DNA from: a virus
Lineage: Duplodnaviria; Caudoviricetes
IMG/VR virus record: IMGVR_UViG_2770939519_000001
Span: 13,635 to 77,634 of that record
Length of the DNA stretch: 64,000 nucleotides
Direction: 5' to 3' (one strand)
In this document: one piece after another, positions 10,581-19,838 of the stretch
Position numbering within the stretch: position 1 is the stretch's first letter
Layout of the letters: every line of letters starts with the position of its first letter
Translations under genes and position numbers: made by a program
The notes under the pieces: generated by a model
Told to the model about the DNA's origin: nothing
Databases searched by the model: none
What the model saw: only the letters and a program-made list of their open reading frames with translations

Positions 10581-11084
10581 TCAGTCTTCTTCCAGGTTCG
10601 CGTCGTTCTCGTCGTTCCACTTCTGATACGCGGGACTGATGAAGTTCAAATACACCCCGGTCTTGCTCGTGGTCACCGTCACCACGATGCCAGGAAGATC
10701 CCAACGCAGCCCGCGGGTCGGCTCGACCCAGCTTCCGTCCGGGCGCTTCTCGACCACCTCGAACACGCGCTGCGTGAGTTCGTCGAATACCCTATCAATT
10801 TCAGGCTTCATCCCCGGATCGTTGACGATCGCATCGGTGACGTTGAACGTGATCTGCTCCAACGGCCGCGGCACGTCCGGATTCACTCTGTTGTTGATAT
10901 ACAGCAAGGCGTCGGTGCGCTCGATCGCGAGATCGGTGGTCAAGGAGGGGGATCGGTCCTCGGGTCGGCTCTGTTGCCAACCGACTCGGTCGCTGAAATC
11001 AGCCAGGTCTGCAACGGTCCATGCCCACTCGAATTCGGATGCTGCACGGACGATCTGTGCGGCGCGCTCGATGTCTCTCTGCAT
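10581..11084 (-). CDS. DUF6301-like putative immunity protein (intact)
   Basis: MQRDIERAAQIVRAASEFEWAWT...LRWDLPG...SPAYQKW; close paralog of 12368-12868. Confidence 0.8.
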   Translation of the reverse strand: MQRDIERAAQIVRAASEFEWAWTVADLADFSDRVGWQQSRPEDRSPSLTTDLAIERTDALLYINNRVNPDVPRPLEQITFNVTDAIVNDPGMKPEIDRVFDELTQRVFEVVEKRPDGSWVEPTRGLRWDLPGIVVTVTTSKTGVYLNFISPAYQKWNDENDANLEED

Positions 11085-11319
11085 CTTGGGACACTGCTTT
11101 CTTGCTGTGGCGGCTCGGTTTCAGACCATCACGAGCGGTTGTTGCTTCCCATAACCCGAGAGCGCAAGTGCGTTTCACAGGAAGGCGCCGTGCGTCAGGT
11201 ATTTGAGCTACTCGACTTTGGTGCTGTCCTCGTCCCCACAGCCACCGACGAGTAGCGATCGCCACTCACAGCATGTCGAAACCCGGTCACGCCAGAGGAT
11301 TTCGGTGGAGGTCACCCAC

Positions 11320-11879
11320 TCACACCTGTCTGTGACCTAAGTGAGAGTCTAGTCTCCGCGGGGTCCAGACACTGGCGAGATCAGGGTGCATATCGGGGTC
11401 GATGCGATCATCGATATCGTCCTGGTATTCGGGGCTGACCAGCGCAACGTTGTCCGAGGTGTCGCTCACCGAAATTTTCAGCACGAGTCCGGGCAAGTCT
11501 CAACGCAACATCCGATTCGGATCTTGCCACCACCGACCAGCGGGCGTTGACCGACGAGCTGGAATATCCGTTGTGCAAGCTCGTCGAAAGCATTGGACAG
11601 CAGTGGCTTTACATTCGCATCATCCAGGATGACATCGGTGAAGTAGATCCAGATCCGCTTTGTTGGACGCGCCGGATCGACTGAGTTGTCATGGAATGCC
11701 ATGACGTCGGTTCGGTTGATGTCGAAGTCGGTAGTCAGTGTGGGGGAGCGCTGGTCGAGGTTGGCCAGCTGCCAGCCAACTTGCCGGACGAATTCGGGGA
11801 GGTCGTCGACGGTCCAGGCCCAATTGAACTCCAAGGCACCCTGGATGACCTGAATGGCACGGTCGAGGTCTGCTCGCAT
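11320..11879 (-). pseudogene. DUF6301-like immunity paralog, frameshifted near 11530
   Basis: MRADLDRAIQVI...EFNWAWT, then DLPGLVLKISVSD...SPEYQ in another frame. Confidence 0.75.
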
Positions 11880-12367
11880 GGATGGACTGCTCTTCTTTGT
11901 GGGGCAAGCCGGTTCGGGGCGGTGCGAGGCTGGTGCCGCCTCGCACCGCGCGGTGAAGGTACGTGTTCATAGGTAGGTCAAACACCTGAGGCTTTCCGCT
12001 CGGGTCGTGTCCTGGGCGGAAGGCTTGCGTTGTGCGATGGCGACAGTTACCGGCGGGATCGCAACAGCGAAGGTCACGGAGCCAGCTGCGAGCCGGGCGA
12101 GCAAGTTGTCGAGCGGTCTGTTCTCGGAGCCGGCGACCGCGGGAATTGGCAGCGCGACGCCATGTAGTCTCGGCTCCGAGATTTCGTCCGCAGGTGGAGT
12201 GGCCAGTGGCTTTGCCGGTTTCGGTGTCGTCGGGACATTTCCCACTCGATCCGTCGTCTCGCCTCTCTGATGCGGCGTGCTGTTTACTCACTTAGGACCG
12301 GTTCCGGCCCCAGATTCACGCGGTTGCCGCACAAGCGATCTACACGGCGAGCTCGATCACTCAGCTT

Positions 12368-12868
12368 CTATTCGTCGCCGTCGGCCTCGATTTTGTCCTG
12401 CCATCTCTGATACTCGGGACTGACCAACTCGACATAGACAGTGCGAGCACTGGTCGTCACCGCTACTGCGATCGTGGGCAAATGCCAGCGCAGGCCGCGG
12501 GTGGGTTCGACCCACCACTCGTCGGCCCGTCGCCCCAACACCTCGAACACCCGTTGTGCGAGCTCATCGAATACCCGGTCGATCTCGGGCTTCAGATTCG
12601 TATCGTCGAGTATCACGTCGGTTGTCCTGAACCAGATATGGTTGAGCGGACGTGAGTCGCCGGTTCCGACTGTGTTGTCGACCGACAGCATGGTGTCGCG
12701 ACGATTGACGTCGAGATCGGTGGTCAGTTCGGGATACGTCTGATCCAGACCGGTCAGCTGCCAGCCGACCAGGTCGCTGAAGGCGGGGAGGTCGGCCGCG
12801 GTCCAGGTCCAGTCGAATTCCGTTGCGGTGCGCACGATCTGCGCGGCACGTTCGATGTCTGTACGCAT
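12368..12868 (-). CDS. DUF6301-like putative cognate immunity protein
   Basis: 166 aa, immediately downstream of the toxin; MRTDIERAAQIVRTATEFDWTW. Confidence 0.8.
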   Translation of the reverse strand: MRTDIERAAQIVRTATEFDWTWTAADLPAFSDLVGWQLTGLDQTYPELTTDLDVNRRDTMLSVDNTVGTGDSRPLNHIWFRTTDVILDDTNLKPEIDRVFDELAQRVFEVLGRRADEWWVEPTRGLRWHLPTIAVAVTTSARTVYVELVSPEYQRWQDKIEADGDE

Positions 12869-12962
12869 CTGTATGAACAGTACTTTCTCGCTGCTGCGGT
12901 TCGGGGCTTCACAGCACCCCCTGTGGGTGTAGCTTTCCACAACAAGGTCGTGAAGGGTGCGC

Positions 12963-15185
12963 TCACAGATGAGCGCCGTGAGTGAGACATTTGAGCCACT
13001 CATCCCAAGGAGCACCCTGGGCGGATGCTGGGCGGGGTGCGATGGTAACCACCATTGATTGATCTGCCGGTCGGCGGCGGTTCCAGAACCCCTGCTGCAA
13101 CTCCGGAATCTCGGGTACGGGGATGTGGAGTTGGGCGAGAGCGGACACGTCGTGCAGTCGTCCCTGAACCAGCTCTCCGAACCACGTTGTGGCTTGACCG
13201 AGCAGGCCGCCCAACGAGTTGTCGGTGTAGGGGGCGGGTTGTGTAAGCGGTTGCGCTACTCCGTGAATAGTGGGGCCATGCCCTGGCTCTTGGCCAGTTG
13301 TCTTACCTATGACAGTGTCGCCGGGGGTCCAACCGTTGGCCGGCTCTTGATTGGAGCCGTAGATAATGATGTTTCCATCGGTGTCGGTTTTGATCAGGCG
13401 GTAGCCGACTCGGGCGGGGTCTTCATTTTGGACCGCGTCCCACACTCCATTGTCGACCAGCCATTGCATGAAGGCTGGATCATTGGCCGCATCTTCCTTG
13501 AGTTTGCCCCACAGGTAAGGGTCGGTCATCTGCTGAGCGCGAATCGTCGTATCGCTGTCGGGACCGTCGGGAACCATAGCGGTGCCCGGTCTGGGCTTGC
13601 CTGGATCGCCACCTTTCGATTCGATGACCATGATCTGGCCGTTCTTCACGGCGACCAGGTCATGCGTGTACGCACCAGAGGGCCGAGTATTCACTGTCCA
13701 GCCGTCGGATTTGAGCATCGCGACCGCTCCGGCCTCACCAAGCAGTTCCTTGGCGCGGTCCACGGGGGCTTTCGCCTTCCACCAGGCGTCGATTGCTGCC
13801 TGCAGAGGGGCGGTGGGCAATCCGAGGTCGCTGAGATCCCGCAACTGAGCATTGCGTACATCTTTGTCGCTGCTGGTGAGTTTGCCGATATCGATGTCGA
13901 GGTTGGGGTTCTGCTCCTCGAGTCCTGAGGCCAGACCTTCGATCCCCTTGTAAAACATGTTCCGGTAGATCTTGGCGACCTCGACGACGCCCATGGCCAG
14001 CAAGACAGGTGGGCGATACTCTTCGTCCAAGTCTTCAAATTTCCAGCTCAGGAGGCGGATCAACTCGGACCTGAGACTGATCCTCCCGTCGCCCTTAGCG
14101 GCGAAACTGCCTGGCTGTTTTCCCTCTGGGTTTCCTTGCCCCCATCGCAGGGTGTTGCCGTCCCAGTACGTTCCTTCTACCGGAACCCAGGCTTGCCCAG
14201 GCTTCGTACTGGGGAACAGTTGTCGCTGATGGTTGGTATTCGGATCGTTTGCTGGTCCGGGGATTGTGGTCGGCGCAGTGCCGGGGTTGCCTTGGTTCAG
14301 CGCGTTCGGGCCGGGGGTTACGGTCGTAGTCGCACCGGGTCGGGTGTTGGGACTGGGGGTATCGGGCAGCGAATTGGGATCCAGGCGATCGTCGGATTCG
14401 CTACGGGGCTTGTCGTCGTTGCGTGTCAGGTAGAAGTGCAGAGCCGTAAGCCCGAGACCGACGACGACAGCCGCGCCAGCGCCGATGACGGCACCGGGAA
14501 CAGCTCCGACGCCTCCGCCGCCGACGGTGCCCACCGCCGCACCGATTTCACCTCCCTCGATTGCCATCGTCGCGAGCTCGGCGGCTGTGAGACCCGCCCC
14601 TGCCTCGAGCGCGCCGGTTCCGAGCGCCGCACCTGCGCCCGCACCCAACAGCGCGGTGCTGTTACCGTCGCTCCTGTCGTCGCCGTCGCTGCCCGATGAG
14701 ACTCGATTGCCCTGGCCGTCAATGGTGTACAGATACTCACCCGCGCGGTTCAGAACCGCGTAGCGAGGCTTCCCATCGGCTCCATCGGCCAGCTGAGTCT
14801 TAGTGGCGGGGTAGGGGTCGCTGGCGTAATGGGGTTGTTCCGCGGGGACATTGATTTCGACGCGGCTACCGTCGCTGGGGTCGTAACCGTGATAGGTGTG
14901 GGCCGGTTGCGGCGCGGCGGGGACCAGGCCTGGGGAGTTCGGGTTGTAGGCCGGGAGGTCCGAGGCTTGTGGGCGCGAGGAATTCTGTCCCGGTTGAGAA
15001 TTCGAGGCGGGAGACTGTGACTGTTGCTGGTTGGCAATCGTGGACCACACCGGATCCTGGGCGACTCTGTCGTTGTTCGCCTGGATCGCGGCCCGCGCGG
15101 CCGGGTCGCCCAATATCGCGGCTGCACCTGGATCGAGTGGGGGGGTTTTGGTTGAGTCGGACGACGAGTTCGGCTGGGGAGCCAT
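12963..15185 (-). CDS. Polymorphic toxin-like protein: Gly-zipper/hydrophobic segment plus PD-(D/E)XK nuclease
   Basis: GAGAGAALGTG...VVVGLGLTAL hydrophobic stretch; LGEAGA...HDLVAVKNGQIMVIESKGG restriction-fold motif; followed by the immunity array. Confidence 0.75.
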   Translation of the reverse strand: MAPQPNSSSDSTKTPPLDPGAAAILGDPAARAAIQANNDRVAQDPVWSTIANQQQSQSPASNSQPGQNSSRPQASDLPAYNPNSPGLVPAAPQPAHTYHGYDPSDGSRVEINVPAEQPHYASDPYPATKTQLADGADGKPRYAVLNRAGEYLYTIDGQGNRVSSGSDGDDRSDGNSTALLGAGAGAALGTGALEAGAGLTAAELATMAIEGGEIGAAVGTVGGGGVGAVPGAVIGAGAAVVVGLGLTALHFYLTRNDDKPRSESDDRLDPNSLPDTPSPNTRPGATTTVTPGPNALNQGNPGTAPTTIPGPANDPNTNHQRQLFPSTKPGQAWVPVEGTYWDGNTLRWGQGNPEGKQPGSFAAKGDGRISLRSELIRLLSWKFEDLDEEYRPPVLLAMGVVEVAKIYRNMFYKGIEGLASGLEEQNPNLDIDIGKLTSSDKDVRNAQLRDLSDLGLPTAPLQAAIDAWWKAKAPVDRAKELLGEAGAVAMLKSDGWTVNTRPSGAYTHDLVAVKNGQIMVIESKGGDPGKPRPGTAMVPDGPDSDTTIRAQQMTDPYLWGKLKEDAANDPAFMQWLVDNGVWDAVQNEDPARVGYRLIKTDTDGNIIIYGSNQEPANGWTPGDTVIGKTTGQEPGHGPTIHGVAQPLTQPAPYTDNSLGGLLGQATTWFGELVQGRLHDVSALAQLHIPVPEIPELQQGFWNRRRPADQSMVVTIAPRPASAQGAPWDEWLKCLTHGAHL

Positions 15186-15367
15186 TGATCACACTCCATG
15201 CGGGCATGAAAAAGCCCAGGCGGCAATATGTTTGCGGCCTGAGCGGTGGACGGGATGCAAAGGCGGAGGTCACACCCCCGCCGAGGGCCGGGGCGCGACA
15301 GGAGGGCGGTCCTTGCGGCTCACCGGCCGACGGCTCGGGGCGGGAACAAAGGCGGGATGTGGCTGAG

Positions 15368-15461
15368 ATGCGTGAAGCCCCGACTCGGGTCGCTGAGTCG
15401 GGGCTTCGAGTGAGAGTTATTCAGAGAGAGGAAGTCTCACTGACCTGATGAGCGCACAGAT
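15368..15461. repeat. Hairpin-containing direct repeat, copy 2 (probable terminator)
   Basis: GAAGCCCCGACTCGG-gtcg-CTGAGTCGGGGCTTC stem-loop; similar to 9701-9790. Confidence 0.8.
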
Positions 15462-15540
15462 ATGGCGCTCGCATCAGCTTCACGTAAACGGGGAACTACG
15501 TCAAGCCCGCAGGTGCGGAGCGGTGCTGGTCATGTACGGT

Positions 15541-16519
15541 TCAGTCGCGTCGGCGTCGCACGCCGAGCTCGGTGTCCAGGTAGCGCAAACCCTCTGCGGC
15601 GAAAGACAATTCCCGAGGATGCTGCGCGCCGAAGATATCCCGCAGTGTCGCTATCGTGCGGGGGACCAGCTCGCCAAGGGTGCGGTTCTGCAACGTCCGT
15701 GTGCGAGAACCCTTCCAGATCGGGTACTCGACGCCACCGAAATCCTCTGGTGCCCGATGCCATCTGAGCGAGTCCATCCGAGCGTGCAGTTCCGCGCGAT
15801 CGAGTGACACCGCTCCACCCAGCAGACATTGGCTGTGGATTTCGAACTGACTGAAGAATTCGATGCTGGTGCATCGCCTGTCTCACTCGGCGCGTGCAGG
15901 CTCAGCACCTGGCCCGACGGCAAGGTCGTGATGGCCCAATCCAGCCGCTCGGCGAAATCACCCCAGTCGATGCAGGTTTCGGCCGCATCGCGGTGAAACG
16001 GGCGATCCGGAGCGACTGATGTCAGCTTCCGAGTCCCCCCGTACAGCGCGTCCACCGGGCCGTCGTTATCGGCCGCCGTGTACCGCAGCCGCTGCGGCGC
16101 GGCACCCAAACCATCCCGCAGCACCTCGACCAGCGTGGCCGCGATCTCCTTGCGAAACCGTTCATGGTTCGGCCAGCCGGTCTTGCACTGCCGCACCGAC
16201 ATATCGCGCGTTTCCTTGAATACCGAGGACGGCCCCCACATCGGACCGTCTTTCTGCCGCAGCACTTCTCCCGAGGGGAGGTGAATCGAACCGACATTGG
16301 TCGTCCGGTTCGACCGAAGCACGTCCACCAGTCGCCCCGCCGCCACCGGACCCTCGGGAATCGGCACGATCACCTCGTTCCAGCCATGTTGTGGAACAGC
16401 ACCCGATGTCCGGTCTCGACGTCGCGGATCTGGACGAGACTTCCATCGTTGGTGCCGTCGTGGCTGTACAGGTACAGCGGCAGATCCTCGAGCAATCGCT
16501 CCCAGCTGTATTCGGTCAC
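15541..16519 (-). pseudogene. Second TY-Chap-like paralog, two frameshifts
   Basis: GTG 16519 gives VTEYSWERLL...QIRDVETG (cf. VTRDWATLL...QLRDLETG), then CIDWGDFAERLDWAITTLP, with the C-terminus in the 15541-15810 frame. Confidence 0.6.
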
Positions 16520-16642
16520 AGTTATCCCCAATCCCTTTGATCGCCAACAACATAGCGACGCACCCCGACATCCTCGGCCCTGGCCGACTCAGCCAGACCG
16601 CTACGCCAGCGAGATCTCCAGGTTTGGGCTAGTTTGCGTGAT

Positions 16643-17764
16643 ATGCGTGATCAGATCGACGGACCGACACAGTCCGCGACCGAGAATCCCGAAGCGGCGC
16701 AACCGAACCCGGCCCAGACTCGACGTTTCGGCCCGCTGTCCGCGATTCCGGCGATGGAGCAGCCGGACGTCGCGCTGGTGGGTAAACCGGAGTACGCCGA
16801 ACTGCTGATGACGACCGTCCGTCGGCGTGCCCGGATACACGGTCGATTGGTGGGCTTGGCGGCCGCGATCCCGCTTGTCCTGATGGTCGTGCTGTGGGTG
16901 TTGCACCAGGACGCCATCGCGATGGCCGTGACCGCGGTGGCTGCCTTCGTGGTATTCCTGCGGTGGATGGGAATCGGGCCGCTGGCGCGGACCTATCGCG
17001 CGGTGATCCCACTCGACGGGCAGTCGATGACCATCCGATTCGGTCCCGACGCGTTCGACTTGCAAGGCCCCGGCGACCGGGTCCGCTTCCCGCACAGCCG
17101 CTTCCGCGCGATTCAGGTCGAGCCGGAAACGATTACCTTGCGCATGCGAAACACCCTGATCACCTTCCCGCGAGAACTGTTCCCGGACACGGCGATCGAC
17201 TACCTCCGCGCCCGATTAGCCGGACATGACGATGTCGCCGCTCCGCCGCCGCTGCCCTCGCTCCCGCCGCTGGGTCAGCCGACCGCGCAGGTCACGGCCG
17301 GACCGGACACTGCTTCGCAGCTTGCCTGGGCAGTCACCTGGCGAAGCAATCGGCAACTGACCCAGCTCAATGCCATCGTTGCCGTGACGCTCGTACTCAC
17401 CGCCGTAGTGGTCGGCGGTGAACGAGGTCTGGCCGCCGGTGCCTTCGCGGCGGGCGTGATCATTCTCGTCGTGCTGGCCGCCCGCCTGACCGCGGCGGTG
17501 ATCGACTTCGCCCGCATGCAAAGAGGATTCACCGCTTACGCCGCCGACGGCGACGTGCTCGCCACCAGGTTCGGACCCGACGCGTTCGCGGTGCGCACCG
17601 CCGAAATGCACAGCCACATCCGATACGACAGAATCGCCAAACTGACCGTCCGCCGTCACACGGTGCTCATGACCCACGGCGGCCGTGCCACGGCGTACCC
17701 GCGGGAATTGTTCCCCGATACAGCAATAGCGCATATACGCGCGGCCAACCCGAGTTTGCTCTGA
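16643..17764 (+). CDS. Membrane protein with two YcxB-like domains
   Basis: Two units, each a TM pair followed by RFGPDAF...(F/Y)PRELFPD. Confidence 0.7.
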   Translation: MRDQIDGPTQSATENPEAAQPNPAQTRRFGPLSAIPAMEQPDVALVGKPEYAELLMTTVRRRARIHGRLVGLAAAIPLVLMVVLWVLHQDAIAMAVTAVAAFVVFLRWMGIGPLARTYRAVIPLDGQSMTIRFGPDAFDLQGPGDRVRFPHSRFRAIQVEPETITLRMRNTLITFPRELFPDTAIDYLRARLAGHDDVAAPPPLPSLPPLGQPTAQVTAGPDTASQLAWAVTWRSNRQLTQLNAIVAVTLVLTAVVVGGERGLAAGAFAAGVIILVVLAARLTAAVIDFARMQRGFTAYAADGDVLATRFGPDAFAVRTAEMHSHIRYDRIAKLTVRRHTVLMTHGGRATAYPRELFPDTAIAHIRAANPSLL

Positions 17765-17779
17765 GGCTGGGAGACATGG

Positions 17780-17815
17780 GTAGGCCGAGCGCCCTCCGGA
17801 TAGCGCCCGGCCTAC
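17780..17815. terminator. Stem-loop between convergent genes
   Basis: GTAGGCCGAGCGC/GCGCCCGGCCTAC inverted repeat. Confidence 0.7.
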
Positions 17816-17833
17816 GAAAAGCTCACCCCACCA

Positions 17834-17932
17834 CTACACGACCGCGACCACCGAACCGAGCAGCAAGCCGACAAACGACACCGCGGCAGCGACAGCGACA
17901 CCGAGCAGACTTCCAACACCGGGCAGCAACAT
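17834..17932 (-). CDS. 32-aa uncharged hydrophobic peptide, copy 3 (MLLPGVGSLLGVAVAAAVSFVGLLLGSVVAVV)
   Basis: ATG to TAG, 99 nt; GAAAGGA RBS; paralogous to the other two copies. Confidence 0.8.
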   Translation of the reverse strand: MLLPGVGSLLGVAVAAAVSFVGLLLGSVVAVV

Positions 17933-17992
17933 GACCGTTCCTTTCGGTTGACTGTGAATAGGTAGGTAGTGCTTTCAGGGCCGCGCAGTCGA

Positions 17993-18091
17993 TTACAGAA
18001 CCGCCACCACAGATCCGAGCAGAAGACCAGCGAAAGTCACCACAGCAGCGACAGCGACGCCGAGCAGACTTCCGACACCGGGCAGCAACAT
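17993..18091 (-). CDS. 32-aa uncharged hydrophobic peptide, copy 2 (MLLPGVGSLLGVAVAAVVTFAGLLLGSVVAVL)
   Basis: 99 nt; GAAAGGA RBS. Confidence 0.8.
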   Translation of the reverse strand: MLLPGVGSLLGVAVAAVVTFAGLLLGSVVAVL

Positions 18092-18201
18092 GACAGGTCC
18101 TTTCGTAGGCGAATTGCAGTGCGAACGTTGAAGCAGGCACACGACACAGCAGGTGCGTGGCCTGGGGAAACGTGAATGCGAACTACGAACGTCTTCCGCG
18201 A

Positions 18202-18300
18202 TCAGATAATCGCGACCGCGGCACCCAGTAGGACGCCGACGAAAGCCGACACTGCGGCAACGGCGACACCAGCAATACTTCCAACGACGGGCAGCAACAT
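18202..18300 (-). CDS. 32-aa uncharged hydrophobic peptide, copy 1 (MLLPVVGSIAGVAVAAVSAFVGVLLGAAVAII)
   Basis: 99 nt; GAAAGGA RBS. Confidence 0.8.
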   Translation of the reverse strand: MLLPVVGSIAGVAVAAVSAFVGVLLGAAVAII

Positions 18301-18605
18301 GGAGCGTGTCCTTTCTGATGGTCCGGTATTCCGGTGCGGTGCTTCGTAATCCATGTCTACCCAGGCTTCTGAATTCATAACCACACAGACGCGCAATATT
18401 TTTCGCGCCCCGCACACCGGGTCATTTCCGGCATTTCGCTCGAATCAGGGTCGCGGTAGTCAGCGCCGACTTATGCCGAGTGCATGGCCGGGCAACTGTA
18501 AATCCAAGCCAGGACCACCCAACGCGCCGGTTATGGTTCATAGGCTATTGGGTTCCGACCGGGCATTCACCCGTCGAACCGACGTCGGATCGGAAGGCAA
18601 TCACG

Positions 18606-19406
18606 ATGACCGACCGCCCCTGGATCGAGCGTCCCCTCGGCGGCTTCGACCTCGAAACCACAAGCCCCGACCCCGAATCCGCACGGATCGTGTCGGCCTG
18701 CCTGGTACTGATCGAACCAACCGGCCCCCGCCTGCGAACCTGGCTACTCAATCCCGGCATCGACATCCCCGCCGAAGCCGCAGCCATACACGGCATCACC
18801 ACCGAACAAGCCCGCACCGAAGGAACCGACTACGCGAGCGGATACCGCGACATACGCCGAGAACTCTGCCGCGCGTGGGAAAACGGCTACGCGATCGCCA
18901 TGTACAACGGCGCCTACGACTGCACCGTAATGGACCGACAAGGCCGCGCACTCGACTGGCCCGCCCTCCACGTCGGCCTCACCGTGGACCCGTACGTCAT
19001 CGACCGCGCCGTCGACCCGGACCGACCCGGCCCCCGACGCCTGGACGCCACCATCGCCCACTACGGCCTCCCCATGGGAGACGCACACACCGCCGACGCC
19101 GACGCACTGGCAGCCGCCCGCCTGGCCTGGCTCCTCGGCCGCCGCCACCCCCGGATCGGCGCCCTCACCCCCGAACAGCTGATGAACGCCCAAACCGACT
19201 GGCACCAAACCCATTCCGACAACTATCGCGACTGGGCCACCCGCAAAGCCGCCGAACTCCGCGACCAGGCCACCGCACTACAGCACCGAGCCACCGAACT
19301 GACCACCCGCGCCGCCCACACCGACGGCAGCTGGCCCCTCCGAAGGGTGTTCAAACATCGTGACAACCACCTCCAGCCCACTAACCTCGAAACCGTGGGC
19401 ACGTAA
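18606..19406 (+). CDS. DEDDh 3'-5' exonuclease (DnaQ-like)
   Basis: FDLETT, HGITTE, YNGAYD, HTADADA motifs. Confidence 0.9.
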   Translation: MTDRPWIERPLGGFDLETTSPDPESARIVSACLVLIEPTGPRLRTWLLNPGIDIPAEAAAIHGITTEQARTEGTDYASGYRDIRRELCRAWENGYAIAMYNGAYDCTVMDRQGRALDWPALHVGLTVDPYVIDRAVDPDRPGPRRLDATIAHYGLPMGDAHTADADALAAARLAWLLGRRHPRIGALTPEQLMNAQTDWHQTHSDNYRDWATRKAAELRDQATALQHRATELTTRAAHTDGSWPLRRVFKHRDNHLQPTNLETVGT

Positions 19407-19458
19407 TCAAGCGTCCCGCAGGCACTTTCGCCTAGGGAACCCGCTGGTGGTAAGCGGG

Positions 19459-19482
19459 ACAACTGAATACACAACTGAATAC
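19459..19482 (+). promoter_or_regulatory. Tandem ACAACTGAATAC x2 (type copy of the recurrent phage motif)
   Basis: Perfect 12-bp tandem duplication; variants precede many late genes. Confidence 0.7.
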
Positions 19483-19598
19483 CCGCCGGTGACGATCTGA
19501 AGTCCCGGCACCCCGGCTCGAGCCTCGCGGATCCGCGCCGAGCCAACCCCGCCCCGGGCGCACGTAATGTCCTTTCCGTGCGCCCGGGGCGGATTCAG

Positions 19599-19838
19599 TT
19601 ATCGCCGCATCGATGGCTGACGCCGCAATTCCTCGAGACTCAACACCGGCCCACCAATCGGGGTCTCGGCCCGCCCGCACTCGATCGCGGCCGCAATCTC
19701 GACATCGGTCAGCCCATGCAGATAACCGCAGCCGACCGCCGCCTGAGCAGCACCCGCATCACCATTGCGAACCGCGTCGGCGACAGCTCGCAGCAATACC
19801 ACGACCTGCTGCGGACCCGGTCTGACGAACAGACTCAT
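19599..19838 (-). CDS. Hypothetical protein
   Basis: ATGA overlap with the upstream minus-strand ORF. Confidence 0.45.
   Translation of the reverse strand: MSLFVRPGPQQVVVLLRAVADAVRNGDAGAAQAAVGCGYLHGLTDVEIAAAIECGRAETPIGGPVLSLEELRRQPSMRR

Noticed and set aside
12963-16519. WXG100/ESX (PEST-type) cassette
   Set aside because: No ~100-aa WxG helical ORF or WXG/LXG N-terminus found near the toxin
18353-19363. 336-aa Arg/Pro-rich ORF
   Set aside because: Alternate frame of the DEDDh exonuclease, produced by the C-rich bias
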